From the NCBI GenBank assembly GCA_012295275.1, contig CM022672.1:8804001-8868000 (forward strand): a stretch of DNA of 64,000 bases, given 5' to 3'. The translations under genes were made by a program, and so were the position numbers. Shown piece after piece: positions 9,519-25,300 of this stretch; the stretch's first letter is position 1, and each line of letters starts with the position of its first letter. The DNA is from Chrysomallon squamiferum (taxonomy: Eukaryota > Animalia > Mollusca). The notes under the pieces are model-generated. The model saw only the letters and a list, made by a program, of their open reading frames with translations, searched no databases and had not been told where the DNA came from.

Positions 9519-12500
9519 ACATGGGTAAAAACATTTCAGTTTTAATTTTTGTTACATTTATAACAGATCTATGACATCTTGAACCAGTTTGAATGCAGCT
9601 GGTTTTAGGGTCCATTTGTATTACTATTACCATCTACATTGTTGTTGTTGTTTTACTTAACAGTGCTACGTATTTCATTATATTACATAATAGTAGCATC
9701 AATGTTATTTTATTAGTTAGAACTACCTTATTTTATTATATTACTTAGAACCATTTCATTATATTTCTTTGTAAGTGCTATTTCATTATTATAGTACTTA
9801 ATATATTTCATCATTTAATTGGTAATAATATCTCTGGTGTGTAATTTAGTAGTATTATCAGTTTTATATTACTTTGTAGTAACATCTATTTCATTGTTTT
9901 AAATAGTTGTACCATTTTTATAATCTCTTTAGAATGTAAACCCATCTCTCAACTAAAATTTATATGAATTTCTACTTTTCAAGAATAAATAAATAAATCA
10001 AATGAAATAATTTTTGTGTAAACACTTAAAGTGTCACAAGCTTGGCTAATAATACTACATCATTATATAATAATATTCACTTTCAAATGTTAAGATTTTG
10101 TTTTACAAAAATTATATGATAAAATAAAATTATCATCTATATCTTTTAAACCTGTGACAAAGTGGAGTATTTAATAATTTTATTTACAGACAACAAACCA
10201 CAAACATATATACAATTTTTTTAATGATTTTTGTTTTGATGACATTAAAAAAATAAAGAAAAAAAAGAGGATTTTTACACATCTTCATCAAATATATAGA
10301 ATGCTGTGAAACTGTCACTTGAAAAAAAAAATTAAAAATGATAATAAATATTTTATACTAGTTTTCATAGTAAAAACCTGCTTTTTTGAATTACTGAATG
10401 TATGGCAGTGGCAAAATAATGGTATTTAATTTCTAAAATGAGTTGATTACAAACATTCATATCTGCTGAAATGAACTATTTTGCAGCTGTTCGTTTTATG
10501 TTTGATGAACACTTCAATGAAAAGTTAAATTTTTTTAAGATGTAGGTAGTTAAACAAAACTTTCATACTGAAATATGACATTAAAAATAGTCGGATTAAA
10601 GTAAGTAAATGTGTATTTGAAAATGTATTTAATTAAAGGGAAAATAATAAAAATATTATTATTATTAATGGAATTGGTTCTATTTTAAATTTGTCTATCA
10701 AAATGTTATGTTTTATCATTATAAAAAAAAAAAAAAAAAAAAAAAGAACCCACCAAAATATAATAGATAAAAAATAATTATAAAAAAAACAAAAAATAAG
10801 TAATAACTGAAATGATTACAATTTAATTGTTCATTATGAACAGGTAAAAAAAACAATTATAGACAAATTTTTAAAAGGAAACAACAAAAGTAATGCTAAA
10901 AATATATAAAGTTATTCAGATTACATGAAAATAGCTGGTACAACTAAATTCAAAGGCACAAAAGAATAATAGAACAATTATCAAATTGTAATAAATAAAT
11001 TTTCATGGAATGAGGCACTTTGGTATCCAGAACAGCTTCAACTGTTGTAAGTATATACATAATAAGTTTCAGTGATAAAAAAATACATAAACAAACTGAA
11101 AAACAATTCAAACTATATATTCTGAAAAAATATAATATGCTGTTAATATATTTTGATTTTCATTTATTAATGGAAAATAATGTAAGTCTAGGGTAAAACA
11201 AAACAGTATTATAATAATTTAAAAAAGTAAAAATAGTAATATTGAGTGCAATAAAGATTTTGTTTTTGAAGAAAATTATGAAATACTGAAAGGACTGCCT
11301 AATAAAAATAATTTGTAAAAAAAGAAAAGAAAAACACTTAATAATATAATACCAAGTATTTATAGCACATATAAATGAAAGATTTACTAGATCACTTAAA
11401 ACATAAAACAACCTTCTTGGAAAATTTTAAATAAACCATTCCAGCAATAATATGCACTAAACAATATTCAGATGCAAGTAATTTTTATATTTCTTTAATA
11501 AAACCTACAAATTTTGCTCTGTGATAAATGTATATTAGGAAGACTATATAATTCACAGAATACTGAGCAATGAGCTTTTATTTTTTAAATTCTTTTTTGA
11601 ATTCTGATAAATGCCACATGAAAAAAAAAAAAAAAAATCACATTTTTAGAGAATTTCTATTAGAAATACTGTTAGAAATTCACAGTATCACATTACACAC
11701 ATCCATTGATTTAAAAAAAAAAATTATGTTTGTCATATTCATGTTTTAATGCCTGAAATACTGCAAAGTTACAATAGATCAAATTAATTTGGCACAACAC
11801 ATGTGACTGTATAAATTAGTAATATTTTAAACAAGTTGACGGAATAATCAATAAATAACCATTTGGAATTACACTAACAACAAAATTCAAGAAATAATAT
11901 AACATTACAAATACCTCTGCTTACATATTTTATTTTTGTGTGTGTGTATATATACACATATTCAACAATAACAATCTGGGTACAAAACGCTACATCTGCA
12001 AGTCAAAATCATAGCAACTACTGAAAGAGCATTCTAGACAGTAATGCTGTCACAGAGAAAAGTGGGTGAGAGACTTGAGAATTGAAAAAATTAACTCTGG
12101 CAGAAACAAAGATGGAACAGATAAATACTAAAAATAAAATAATATAAAATAATTATTAAAAAAAAGCAATAAAATATAATAAATTTAAAAACTCATTAAA
12201 AATCAATAAAACAATAATAAAAAAATATATGATAATAAATAAAAATAAACAATTTATAAATAATAATAATAATAATAAAATAAAATTATATTAAATAAAA
12301 CAAAACAAAATACAAGTGTAATTTATTTCTGCTGAAGATGAACTACTGTCATTCATGCTTGTATGCAAATTGTAGTCACTTTAGGAAACCAGAGAAACAA
12401 TTATTTTATTTGTATGTCTGTTTTATTAAGATTCAAATTTATGACCAAAATATATTTTAATTCAAAGATCTGGAAAGAATTCTTTCTCCGATCAAAGGAA

Positions 12501-12917
12501 AAATATAATTGGGAATCATTAAAAACAAACAAGAAAAACCTTCTCATCAAAAAAAAAAAAAATTATTTTGGTTGTACTGTTATATCCCAAAAATGTAGCA
12601 TTGTATCACTATAGTAAGATGACAATAATAAATACTTTACATTGCAAAAAAAAATGCAAAAACAAAATCAAGGAAGAAAAATAAATTATCAAATTTTCCG
12701 TGAACAGGTCTGAGGAGACAAAGTGTGAATAGTGCAATCTGTTTTGTTTTCTTTGGAAAGAAAACAACTCTGTTATTTGTTCATCACAATATAAGGTGTA
12801 ACGATGGAAAGTTCCATATCTTTTATCATCATCCATATCCGAAAACCACAGCAAAGCTCAAAACATTTTGACAGGATTTAAACTACATCCGTATCTCTCA
12901 ATAAAAAAAAAATTAAA

Positions 12918-12962
<45 letters not shown>

Positions 12963-14233
12963 CAAAAAGTATTAAAAAAAATATATATATAAATAATAAT
13001 AAAAAAAATTGAAAAAACATTTTCCCCTTATTTTACATAAAGCATTTTCAAATCATATAACACGAATTTTGACATCAAATATTTAAAAACAAAAAACAAG
13101 AAACAATCTTTACGTTATTCTCTGTTCAAATGTAGATGAAGGGATAAAGATGCAATACCCTAAAACCAAACCTCAAAATTTTAAAAACAAGCCCTTCAAT
13201 GAATCCCTCATGCCTTTTCCAAAAGCTAAACCTTGTTAATGCATAATTTTAAATTAAAAAATGCCACATTCATTACATAAATGTGATTACATTGCTCTGA
13301 ATTATTTGACAACATGCCAAAATATTGGTTTAAATGTTAAATAATTTGAATTATGACTGTACTTAAAAATATATCTGCTTAATTAAAAGTGGATTTGGTT
13401 CTTTTTGTTCCAGTTTCTTTTACCACTCATTAAGCCAGACTTTGTGTGAGAGTGTATAAAAGATGATTTCAGAGAGAATTCTTTCATTCAGATTTACTGA
13501 ATTAATCTTTTATCTTCTCATTTATTACTGCATTTACTTTAAAAGAATGAGTTAAAAATTTAAATTATTCATATCGAGTTCCAAAAGAATATACTAAACT
13601 GTAAGCCAGTATACCTCAAAAAAATTTTGAAACTTTGTCAAAATTTACATGATTAAAGATTTTTAACTTACATAAAACTACTAGGGGTAATAACTTTAAA
13701 TTCTGGCCAATAATGGACATGTGAGCATGTAAATTTTCAGAATGTTTCAAAATGTGATTATGATGTACAATGTGTTAAATTTCTATGCATTTTTTTTTTG
13801 TTTTACCATGAAAACCTATTTTTTGAGAACAACAATAAGCCAAGCATAAAAAAATAACTTTGACTTGATGGTATGATATTGTGGGCATATAAAATGTCAA
13901 AAACTGATTCTTCAGACATTTTACTACATAAAATAATTTGTTTAGAAATATTTCAGATCAATTTATATATTAATATGTTGACACATACCAGTGCTGAAAT
14001 AATTTTCTATTTTAGTGTTACAAATATAATTTTCAAATAAATATGATGAAAGAATGTAAAAAAGAAAAAAAAAGAAAAAACAACCCATCTGAAAGCAGCA
14101 TATTGAATATTGTTTTAATGTATGCTACTAACTGGGAAAATGTCAGCAACAACAATTTTAATTATGATAAAATACATAAATTTATTACTTTAATTAAATA
14201 TTGTTATTATTATTATTATTTTAAATTATTCCA

Positions 14234-14979
14234 TCAGTAAAATCTCTTCCTGTTATAATCTTGTTTTTTCAAGAAAATAATGAAAGCCACCATGCCACAG
14301 ACACCTAGTCCAATCACAATAAGAATAATTATAAGCAGGAGTTTCCAGCCTGTCATACTACCAAGCAGATAGCTTCCTTTCTGGTCATCAACACGATCTG
14401 AAACATTAAAACACAACCATTTACATTTTTGTCAAATAGTAGTGATGGCTAAGACTTGAGAAAATACTTGATAACAGATAATAATTTTGGTTCTGCCTTC
14501 TGAAGTAAAATAACTTTACAGTGATTACAGTTCCTTTTTTAATGTCAATCATACCATCAGTTGAGAGTGAAAGGCAGTCAAGTGCGAGTATTATGATTAT
14601 TACAGTTTTAAAATAAAAAATAAATATATTTTATATCACAGTTTGTTACTTTTTTCAATATATATATGTATGTATGAATGTACTACCTCTAGGTCCTTCC
14701 ATTACTGCAGCTTCTGGTAAACCAGTATATGCTTCCTCATTCTGAAAATCAACAAATACCTTAAGTGATAACAAATACTTCTAATACTGTCTATGAAATA
14801 ATAAATTAGGAACAATTTAATAATTCTTATTATGCCTGTGATTTAATGTATGGATATATATACCTATATCTTTAACAATTATATAAAGCAATATGAAACA
14901 CTTCAATTACTGCCAATGAAACAGTAAATTAGGAATGATTTAATAATTAAATTATTGTTTTGATTTTACATTAATATAT

Positions 14980-15035
<56 letters not shown>

Positions 15036-17253
15036 AAAAATAGTAGAAATAAAAATTAAGATGTCATGTAGAAATTTTGAATTTAAAATAAACAGAAAAG
15101 ATCAAATTATTATAAAACATAAATAAGATATTTATTTTAAAAATATTATTTATTACAAAATAGAAGAAAGTGCATTAACACATATGTCCCTCTTTGCACA
15201 TTTCTTGTTTTCTACCAATGCTTTATAACACTTAATCAAAACTAGTGTTATGAAAGTTTATTTAAGTATACTTAATATATTAAATATATATCCTATGGTA
15301 ACAAAGGATGCCTGATTTATGTATATATTAATAATAATATTTATACTTACAGACTCATCTGTATCCAAGTCATATAATTTAATTGAGAAGATATCATGAT
15401 TATCTGAAACAGATTAGAATAATGCCAACATTTCTTTCTGAAAGAGAATTCTCACAAAAGCATGAACTATACTATAGATTATTTAAATCATAATAATCCA
15501 GTGTTGTGATTTAATCATATAACACACTCACATAATGACACGGATATTTTAACTTGGTGCTGATAAATTATAGCAACAAAAATACATTCTATTTCAAAGA
15601 TATGCTATTATTCAATCATCAGTGAATAAATATTGATAAAAAGACATTAGGCAAGTGTTGCTTTGTGTTCTTCTTGTTTGTTTTTACTATTTCAACTAGT
15701 TATTAGCTACATGAAAAATAAATTTTACTGACAAACCAGACATAATTTCAAAGGGGGTGTGGTGTTGGTTTAAGTGACAAATTGTCTAGGAAATATTGCA
15801 TAACAATTTTCTATATGAAATTTGTATCATTTACAGGTTGCAGACTAATTTATTTTATTTTTTTATTATTATTTTTTGTTGTTGTTCTTTTTCAAATATC
15901 TTTTTGGTTACTACTACTATAAATCTATTAATTTAATACTACAAACTAATACTTTACATTTTCAAATTCCATCTTTTTAAAATCTGTAACAATCAACAGC
16001 TGAAGACTTTTATTTATTTTTTGTTTTTATGTAACAAGTTTTATAGTCAATATAAAAAAACCAAAATTCTATACTTCAATTAAAACATAAAAATACCTGC
16101 TAGTTCACCAGTTGCTGCAGAAACTCCAAAATAATACCCTACTGGCAACTTAACTTGTGGCACTGTAAAACATTCTTTCCAACCATTTTTATTATCTATA
16201 TCAAGTGAAACCTTAAAACAAAAAGTGTGTTTAACATGAAAGTTTTATTAATATCTGATAATGACTGATATATAAGCTAAGATATTGTGGACATATAAAA
16301 CAATAATTTGTTACAGTTTCTGTTTATGGTTGTGTAGATGATAACTTAAAAACATTTCTGTCATATCTAATTGCAACATAAGATTTGTAAGTTTCTCCTA
16401 GAAAACAAAACACACAAATTTACTTTTAAATATAACATTTTTAATAGTTTAGATGTTAGTGCATAAAATAAAGATGGATATGCATAAGTCCGAAAATAAG
16501 CTTTTTAAGTTTTCTCTGTGATAAGAAGACATTTGAATTTGCTTTTAAAACATTTCTGTCATATCTAATACCAGCATAAGCTTTGTAAGCTTTCTCTATG
16601 ACAACATGTGAACTTACTTTTAAAACATTTTTGTCATATCTAATAGCTACATAAGTATCATAAGGTTTGTTTCTAAACTGTGCCTCACAGCCAGCTATCT
16701 GTGTAATTGTTCCATCTGTGTCGTGGTCATATTTCAAGGTACCATTGTTTACCATCGCTGATACATACGGATGCTGATGCTAAAAGACATAATTAAAGTT
16801 CATCATTTAGTGACAAAAATTTATATATAAATATTTATAAAACAGATATTTATCTTTCTAAGACTTAATATAAATTATAATATTTTGCTTTTGTAAAAAA
16901 AAAGAGAAAAAACCTTTCTCAGATCTCTGAACCCATCCACTTACTGAAGAACAGGGCCAGGATCTTGCTCATTTGTTCAAACAGTCTTATTTTTCTATAT
17001 AATGCAAACAATGGAAAAGATACACAGTAATTCTTAATCAGAGTTTTTCATTCACATCGTGTGTATTAAAGTAAATTATAAACTAATGAAATATTTGCTT
17101 ACATTATGAGGCCCATTATGATTACTGTAAGTGTCCAGAAATACACCCAGTCCAGTGAAGTAATTAGCACTGCCAAATGCAGGGCCTAAAAAATAAATTT
17201 TAACATTATATGGAGACGTAGAGTTCCTAATCCAATTTTTTTTTTTTTTTATG

Positions 17254-17293
<40 letters not shown>

Positions 17294-19195
17294 ATGTGTT
17301 TTAAGAGATATGCATCTTTCTAATGCAGAGAGATAGAGAAAGAGTATGCTACAAAATGTGATGTATATGTCCTATAAAGAAAACTAACTTAGAAAATGCC
17401 TTTATAAAGGATTTATATAAATAAATATTATATAAAAAATAATAAATTTCAGAAGATATTAAAAATTAAAAATAGTCAGTTAAAATATTGGATTAACTGT
17501 AAATGAAAATTTTAAAAACATTATACTATTGTTAATATTTTTAATAATATTAAAAAATAGAAACATATTTATAAATAAAAGAAAAACAATTATTATACCA
17601 AGTTCAAGTCTTTCCTTGCTATACCAAATAGCAAATCCATCACCAAAAAGATTTTTCCCTGAGCCATGAACTTTAAAATGAACATGAAGTTCCCAGTTGG
17701 TCACATAACAAGGCTTAAAAAATAAATGATATACAGTTCTAAAGTTCTGTATAATAATAAAAGTCCCTAAGTGATGTAATATTAATAGATTTTTAGAATG
17801 ATTACAGTATCTGAAAGATTTATAGTAACTTGTTTTTTTATAACAATGTCCTGAAAAGTTTATACTAATTTGTTCTATTATATAACAATATCTAAAAAAA
17901 ATTGGAATAGATAAAAACAAGCTCAAAAGTAAGAAATCCAAAAGTTATTCTGCTTTTTGCATGATATTCCACATAACTGTTTTCTTTCTTAAATATTTTA
18001 AACTGATAAATAAAAATGTATAGTTGCATTATGTTTCTTTTTTATTTATATAACATAAAACTACTATTATGAATTGATTTAATTATAATGTTACAGTACA
18101 CAAAAATATCTTTGATACAGAAAAAAAAAAAAAAAAAGGAATAATATATCAATAAATAAACAAACACTGAAACAGCTTATTTTTAAAATGCAGATTAATA
18201 ATTACATAATTTTTAATGCAATGAACATACCACTGCATTCCAGATAGCACCTTTTTTACTCTGATGATCAGATGTAAGACGTATGTGTGAAGTTGTTACT
18301 AAGGTAGTACCAACAAAGTCCCAAAGTGGAACTGACATTCCTGAACCTGAAATATATAACAAGGTAATGACAATTAATTGCTTCTTCATTACAACAGTAT
18401 TTACATATTGTTCAACAACATAATAATTCAATATCAAGTATTATTATCAATTATGTATGATTAAAACCTGCCTTTCTAAATCATTGATAATTTATCGCAT
18501 TTTGCAGATTTGCACTTTACACTAGTCAGTTAGCTTCAGTATTAACAACAACAAAAAGCAATAACGCCAATAGTTTTAAAAATAAAATTATGTTAGCCAA
18601 ATAAATTTAAGCTGTCATTAATGTTACTACTACTACTTAATATCACTGCAATTTGTTGAAAGTAATACCACAGTATGATCATTATTATGAGTCAGTGAAT
18701 CATGAAGTATATTAATTGAAAAATTTCGTCTAATCGCCTAACAGTAAATGAGTAATATTAAGAATATCAAAGACGAGTTATTTACAAAATAGCCAGTAAA
18801 CATTTTTTTACACACCTCTACTGACAATGGCAAGATAAGCATTGCAAGATTTTGGACAAAGTTTAGCTTTGATTGCATCTGTATAATGGCAATCAATGAA
18901 TCATGATCATGATATTCATCATATTGATAATGAAAATCAAAAATGATAAATAATAAATAATAAATAAATAATAAATAACAAATAATCAAATTCAACACAC
19001 AGAAATATATAGAATGAAACATCTGAACTTTATCATAATAAATCAGCAATTCTTCGTGTAACCATTACCTTGGTATGGCTTTACTAATGTGTGTTCTCGT
19101 CTCAAATAATCTTTCGTATTCCATTCTGCCAACACAGGTATGTAAAAACAAGCCCAAATTAAAACTGCGCAGACGTTTCTGATGGTCGCAGACAT
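14234..19195 (-). CDS. LMAN2: VIP36/LMAN2-family L-type lectin cargo receptor (~329 aa)
   Basis: Nine GT-AG exons join in frame (990 nt): 19195-19069, 18346-18231, 17713-17599, 17185-17103, 16779-16618, 16211-16097, 15403-15351, 14741-14687, 14397-14234. Signal peptide, REHTLVKPYQG, GDGFAIWY, FLDTYSN, YDHDTDG, YYFGVSAATGELADNHDI, one TM helix and a C-terminal RKRFY. LMAN2 versus LMAN2L cannot be separated in an invertebrate. Confidence 0.95.
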
Positions 19196-19199
19196 CTTT

Positions 19200-20505
19200 C
19201 TTTTCCCAGCATTCCCTGAATACCAATTGCTTCCGTTACATCGTAGGTTTACAGCAATACGATAATTAGTATATCTGTATAATGATAACTGGCTTTTAAA
19301 TAAAGGACCAAATTATGCCAAATACAGATCGATATTTAAAATTAAATTTGTTTATATTTTATTTTATTGTGTTTTTTTTTTTTTTTTTATATACTGAAGA
19401 GAATAAAATCCTATTTTTGACAAATATTAAATAAATACTACTACTATTAGTATTACTACGGCAAAGCAAACTGTTCTTAAGCCGAAATCTGTAATTCAAA
19501 ATCCTTTAAGGAAATTTAAACAAACATAATTACAGGCATGCACCAGGATTTTATTTCTACGGACGATGACTTGAAAATACCATTAATCATTTGTCAACGG
19601 ATCGGTATAAAATATATTGCGAAACAACAGAATCAGATGTTGATATTGCCTTTATTATAATTTAAATGATGTTGAAGCGTATCATATACGTAAAGAAACT
19701 GTATTTATTTATTATTATTGTTGTTGTTGATTTCTTCTTCTTATTCGTGTTGTTATCTTTTATCTCTTCTGACCAGATGGAAGAACAGACGTTCATATAA
19801 TACAGTTTAAATAACAATTAGTAGTTGTTATAGACTCATAAGGATTTAAACGAATTAAAATAGAGAGCACTGGCATTGGTGACCCAATTTACATTACCCT
19901 ATTTGGCTGAGGAGATGTTTATTTGCAGTTTATTATTGATTGAAATTATCAGAACCTGAAAACAAAACATGAAAAATTCAAGATATTAATTAGTTATTAA
20001 AAAGTTAAAATAGTTCCAAGAAAATAATTTGATTTAATAATAATAATAATAAATTCAAATCATTAGGGTGTTTATTTTAAAATTCCTTTGCATTCCTCAA
20101 ATGACAGGTTACTGGTTGTTAAAATGCTATTTCAAAAGGAAATCGTAAAAGCATATCGAATTCAGTCTAGTCTTTAAGCTGTTCCATTGTTTGTAATTTC
20201 ATTTTGTAAATGTAATATTACGTTATGAAACATATTTACAAATAAAAACTAATATTAAGAATGTTATAGTCTAGTCAATAGTTTTATTTTACACATTTTT
20301 GTTCGAAAGAATGTTTCAAAATAGGATTATTTAAAAAAAAAAACCTATTTCTTTTAATTAGTTTTCATACAAGGGAGTGAGTACATTTATTACAAATCCG
20401 GAAGTAACAATCTTAGTCATCGAAAAGTATTTATTGCTCGTAGGGTTTGGATTAAAAAGTGAAAATAATAAATTATTGTGCACATTTTAACATTTTTCGG
20501 ACCAG
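19200..20505. promoter_or_regulatory. Divergent promoter region between LMAN2 and alpha-catenin, with a putative non-coding first exon of alpha-catenin
   Basis: ETS motif CCGGAAGT at 20398-20405 and donor CAG|gtacgt after 20505. The alpha-catenin ATG exon begins with an acceptor (22379), so an upstream exon is implied. Confidence 0.4.
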
Positions 20506-21463
20506 GTACGTATTATGAAAGAAGTATGTATTTAAAAAATCTGTTTATTGAACTATTAGAAATGAGAATTTACTTTAGTTTTAGCGTTTCGAATATAGTC
20601 GGTGCTATTTCGTATTTGAAGTATTTCAGATCCTTCAAATTCTTGTTACTTTTAAATAATTCTGCAATTTCTGGTTCTTCTTGAACCGTTTAATCTTCAG
20701 CACTGACAGACTGAATGTAAGCGAATTTATTCTGTTATTTTATGATTTTTTTTTCAAATATTTGCAATAATAATAATCATAAATATTTTGGACAAAAATG
20801 CTACAGCCGCGTCAGAATAATTTTTATATTATATATACACAATTATAATAGTTTAATACAGTACAGTACGAGTACTGAGTACATAAACTGATACAGTAAC
20901 GTACAACTTTACAGTTGCATTGTCATATTAGTCATTTATCCAGTGGATCATTAGTATGAATCATAAATTGGTATTTAAGGGCTGATATGACGAGAATAGT
21001 AACTGACTCTCAGTCTGTGTTATTTTATTCTCATAAATTGTACTTTGTAGCATAAGATGATAAGAATAACAAATATCACAGATGTATTTTTATTTATTTA
21101 TTTATTTATTTATGTTATTATTTTATTTATTTCTAATTCATATTTTTTTTTTAATTTATGATCAGCTTTTAAAATAAATGTTTAAATACCTACATTAAAA
21201 ATATTTTTCAAACATGCCTATGTAAATATAAATAAATCAATAAAATTTTAAATAACTTAACCCAATAATAATTTAAATAAATAAATCAAGCAAGAATCCT
21301 TATTAGAAAACAATATACTAATACTGCAGTATTCATTTAATTTGTTTATAATAATGTACAGCCAATGTCAGACAAACAAAATACCTAAATGAATTATTCT
21401 ATACCAGTTATGGTCAAACCCTGTTCATTCAGTTGACACAGATATATATGAATCAGCATGTGC

Positions 21464-21500
<37 letters not shown>

Positions 21501-22390
21501 CTCTCACACACACAGACACACACGTACACACACACATGCACACACACACATTTCTCCCATTGCACAAATCTGCTGAATTGTTAATTACATTCCGTTTTGT
21601 TTTCAGTTCTCAACATATATTTTATTTGTAGAGGTACATACTAAAACAAAATATTTTTAACACTATAACAATTAATGGACAAAATTAAAACAAACTTCAC
21701 ACATGGATTATGTGAAGAATGCCATTAATTCATATATTTTCCTTGTTATATTTCTGCTTATTTAATTTGAAATTTAATACCATGAAATAATTACACACAC
21801 ATACACACACGCATGCACACACACATTCACACACACATATATATATACACACACATGTGAACAGTTTTAGTCACTATATAACTTATAAGGCTAACAGATT
21901 TTATTACGAAATTATATTTCTGTAATGCCTACAATGATATGGCTGGGCCTCATAGTAAAGTTAAAAAATGAGATATGGGTCATATGATAAGTCTTCTGGA
22001 CTATTTCCAGTTCCAGCCATTGCTCCACGAGTTTTCACTTTTATCAAACGCTTTCACATGTGTTTTGTAATACATGAGAAAGTATCTACATGTAAGATCA
22101 TGTATAACTAAATGAAACCATTGCCCATTGATTGTCACTGAAGATTTTTCTGTGTCAGTTTGTGCTTGTCCTTATGCAGTGTACCATTATTAAGGACACA
22201 GATTAAATGAGCATCACATTAGTTTATTTTTGTTCAGTTGAACTGTTAAGAAGTCATTAATATTAATATTTAGAAATTGTCTTTAAATGTTCCTCAGCAT
22301 CAGAATGTTGTTATTTAAAATGTCATATTTTAATTAATAATGCAAATATTGCTGTAATCTATTTTCTGCTATTTTTAGGGTTTCATCATC

Positions 22391-25300
22391 ATGACAACCA
22401 GCCCTACTCCCTTAACAGGGAGTATTCTGCTGCACTGGGATCCTAAAAATTTGGAAATTAGGACAAAATCTGTGGAGAAGACTTTAGAACCTTTAGTCAC
22501 TCAGGTGCCTATATTTTTAAATTTTTTATTAAAGTTTGGGCTTGTGTGAAGTGTTTATAGATCTTGTATTCCTATACAGTATATAAAATATAAACTAGAT
22601 ACTACTTCTTTTTTTTTATCTTTTTTTTATTCAGATTATACATTTTAGTTTTAAAAAGAAGATGCTACAGGGATTTAAATTAAACCTATTTTTTTTATGT
22701 ATTGCTTTATCAAAATAAGATTTTTTTCAAATGCAATTACCTTTTCTCTTTGTTCGTGTATTATTGTATGTTAAATAATTATTCAGCATTTCATTTTAAT
22801 CCAATCATCTACATATTACTTTTTATTGCTTTCTTTGACAATCATTAGGTGACAACTTTGGTAAATCAAAATGGTCCATCAAACAAGAAAAAAGGACGAT
22901 CCAAAAAAGCTCATGTTTTGTCAGCAGCAGTTCAGAAAGCAACAGAAAACTTTATTGAAAGAGGTGAAGAGATTGCCAATGAAAATCCTGAAGTACACAA
23001 TGACATGATGCAAGCCATAGAAGAAGTTAAAAACACAGGTTTGTTTCACTTGTAATTTGTAATAAAAAAAAGTAAACAAAATTGAATATTAAAAAATAAA
23101 AAATAACTGAAATTTATATTAAACAATATTAACAAAATACAAATTAAATAGTAAATAAAATACTAAATATATTCATTAAATATTAAAAAAAAATACTAAT
23201 AATAAAATAAATAATAATAATATATTAAATAAAAATAATTACAATACAAATTAAATACTAGAAAATAAAAAATAATAATAAAATAATAACAATAGCTCAA
23301 AGTAAATATTAAAAAATTAAAAATAATAGAATAAATAACAACAAAAATTAAATAGTGAAAAATAAAAAAAATGACAATTTAAATATTACTCACAGGAGAG
23401 GCTATGAGAGAAGCTTCGAGTGATTTCGCTGCTGACCCGTGTTCGTCAATGAAGAGAGGAGCGATGGTGCGTGCTGCTAGAGCTCTTCTCTCTGCAGTCA
23501 CACGACTTCTTATTTTAGCTGACATGGTTGATGTTCACCTTCTGTTGACAACCCTGCATTCAGTGAGTTATAAGAAATGTTCACTATAAATCATGTCAGT
23601 TTTATTGATACGAATCAAACCTGAAAATAAAAAAAAATAAAAATCTGATATGAAATATTCTGTCAAAAATTTGCAACTTTGTGTTTGCTTCTCATACAAA
23701 ATTAAATGGTGTAAAACAAATTAAAAAAAAAAAATCTTATAATTATATGTGATAATTCTGTATTTTAATAACAAGTTATTTCTAATTTTTTATGACTTTG
23801 TGGTATTAAAATAACGGTTTTGTGGAAAGCTTTCTTTTAAAAAAAAAAAAAAAACCCCTCAGTTTTTCCAGTTGCATAAAGAATGTTTTCTAGTGATTTG
23901 TTTTCTTCCTTATTTATGTATTTATTTATTCAGGTTGAAAGTGATTTAGATAGAATCAAGAATGCTACAAGCCAGCAAGAGTTGATGCAGAGTTTCAAAG
24001 AGTTTGGTAAAAGTGTGGTCCAGCTGTCTGACAAAGCAGCCATGAGACAGGCTGTAGGTTGAATTAAATCTTTCTATAATACATCTAATCATTTTTATGT
24101 GACTCTGGTTAGTTCTGAGCTTATAATATTAGAAAAGGAACAGAAAATCACTGTATACTCTTGTTCATGTGAACTTTTTACGTATATTTTACCAAGAACT
24201 GGATAACCCATTCTCCAGCTTTGTATAAACAAGTTAGAATAGTAACTAGCCCAGTGTACACATCAAACATTATTGTACATTTAAAACAGATTTCTCTTAC
24301 AGCAAATCATCTTTTTATATTTTACTCAATTAAATGAAAATTTGAATCACATGAATTAATTTTTTTTACACCTTTTACCAATTTGGAATTTGTTTTTATT
24401 TTATGAAAAACAATATTTCACCTTTTGGAGATTTTATGGAAAAGTTACATTTATGTTTTCCACTTAGTAATTGATTTTAAATGAAATTAATATATTTTTT
24501 TCTCTCATGAAGGATCTCAAGGATCCACGTCGGCGAGATGACCTGGCTGCAGCTCGGGCTGTGCTGAAGAAAAACAGTATGATGCTGCTTACTACATCAA
24601 AGGTAAAAATGCTATTCTGAAAAATAATTATTGTTGATATTATTGATTTACATTTATCTAATTACATATTATTGTTGGTAGTAATACTGTCTACATTTAT
24701 TTTATTTATAGTTATTTTTAATTAATAAAGGAATTGTGTGCCTGCCACTAACTCTGTATTATATTTAGTTTTATTTATTTTTTTAAATTTAGGCTTATGT
24801 TCGCCACCCTGAGCTAGCCGCTGCTCGAGCCAATCGAGACTATGCCTACAAACAGCTGTGTGATGCGGTGGGGACTATATCAGACATCGCACAGGCTACA
24901 GGTGCTTCCACTGCTCATCCTTACGAAGGGCCTGGCGAGTTGGCTGCTGCTCTCGATGAGTTAGATGTATGTTAACCATTTTAATAACATTGTATTTAGT
25001 TAAATATATAAAACACATTTAACAGCAACCTGTTTTGTTTTGACTTGCCTTTAGTCATTGTTTGTTCAGTGTCACACTGATTATGTAAAGCAGTCTTCTA
25101 AGAATATTTTTAACAAATGAAGTTAATAGATGACGTTAATGAAATGGTTCTTATAAACTGTTCATAATTTTGGTTAATTTATTTCAGCAGTAGTTTAAAT
25201 GCATAATAATGATGATAATATTTGGATCAATTTTTGTTCACTGCAGCAAAAGATTATAATGGATCCACTAAGCTACAACGAGGTCCGATCACGACCATCG

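Noticed and set aside
9519-14233. Possible further exons (e.g. helicase) of CARD copy B and short ORFs 11160..12854
   Set aside because: Very AT-rich with no recognisable coding motifs. Best read as 3'UTRs or intergenic DNA.
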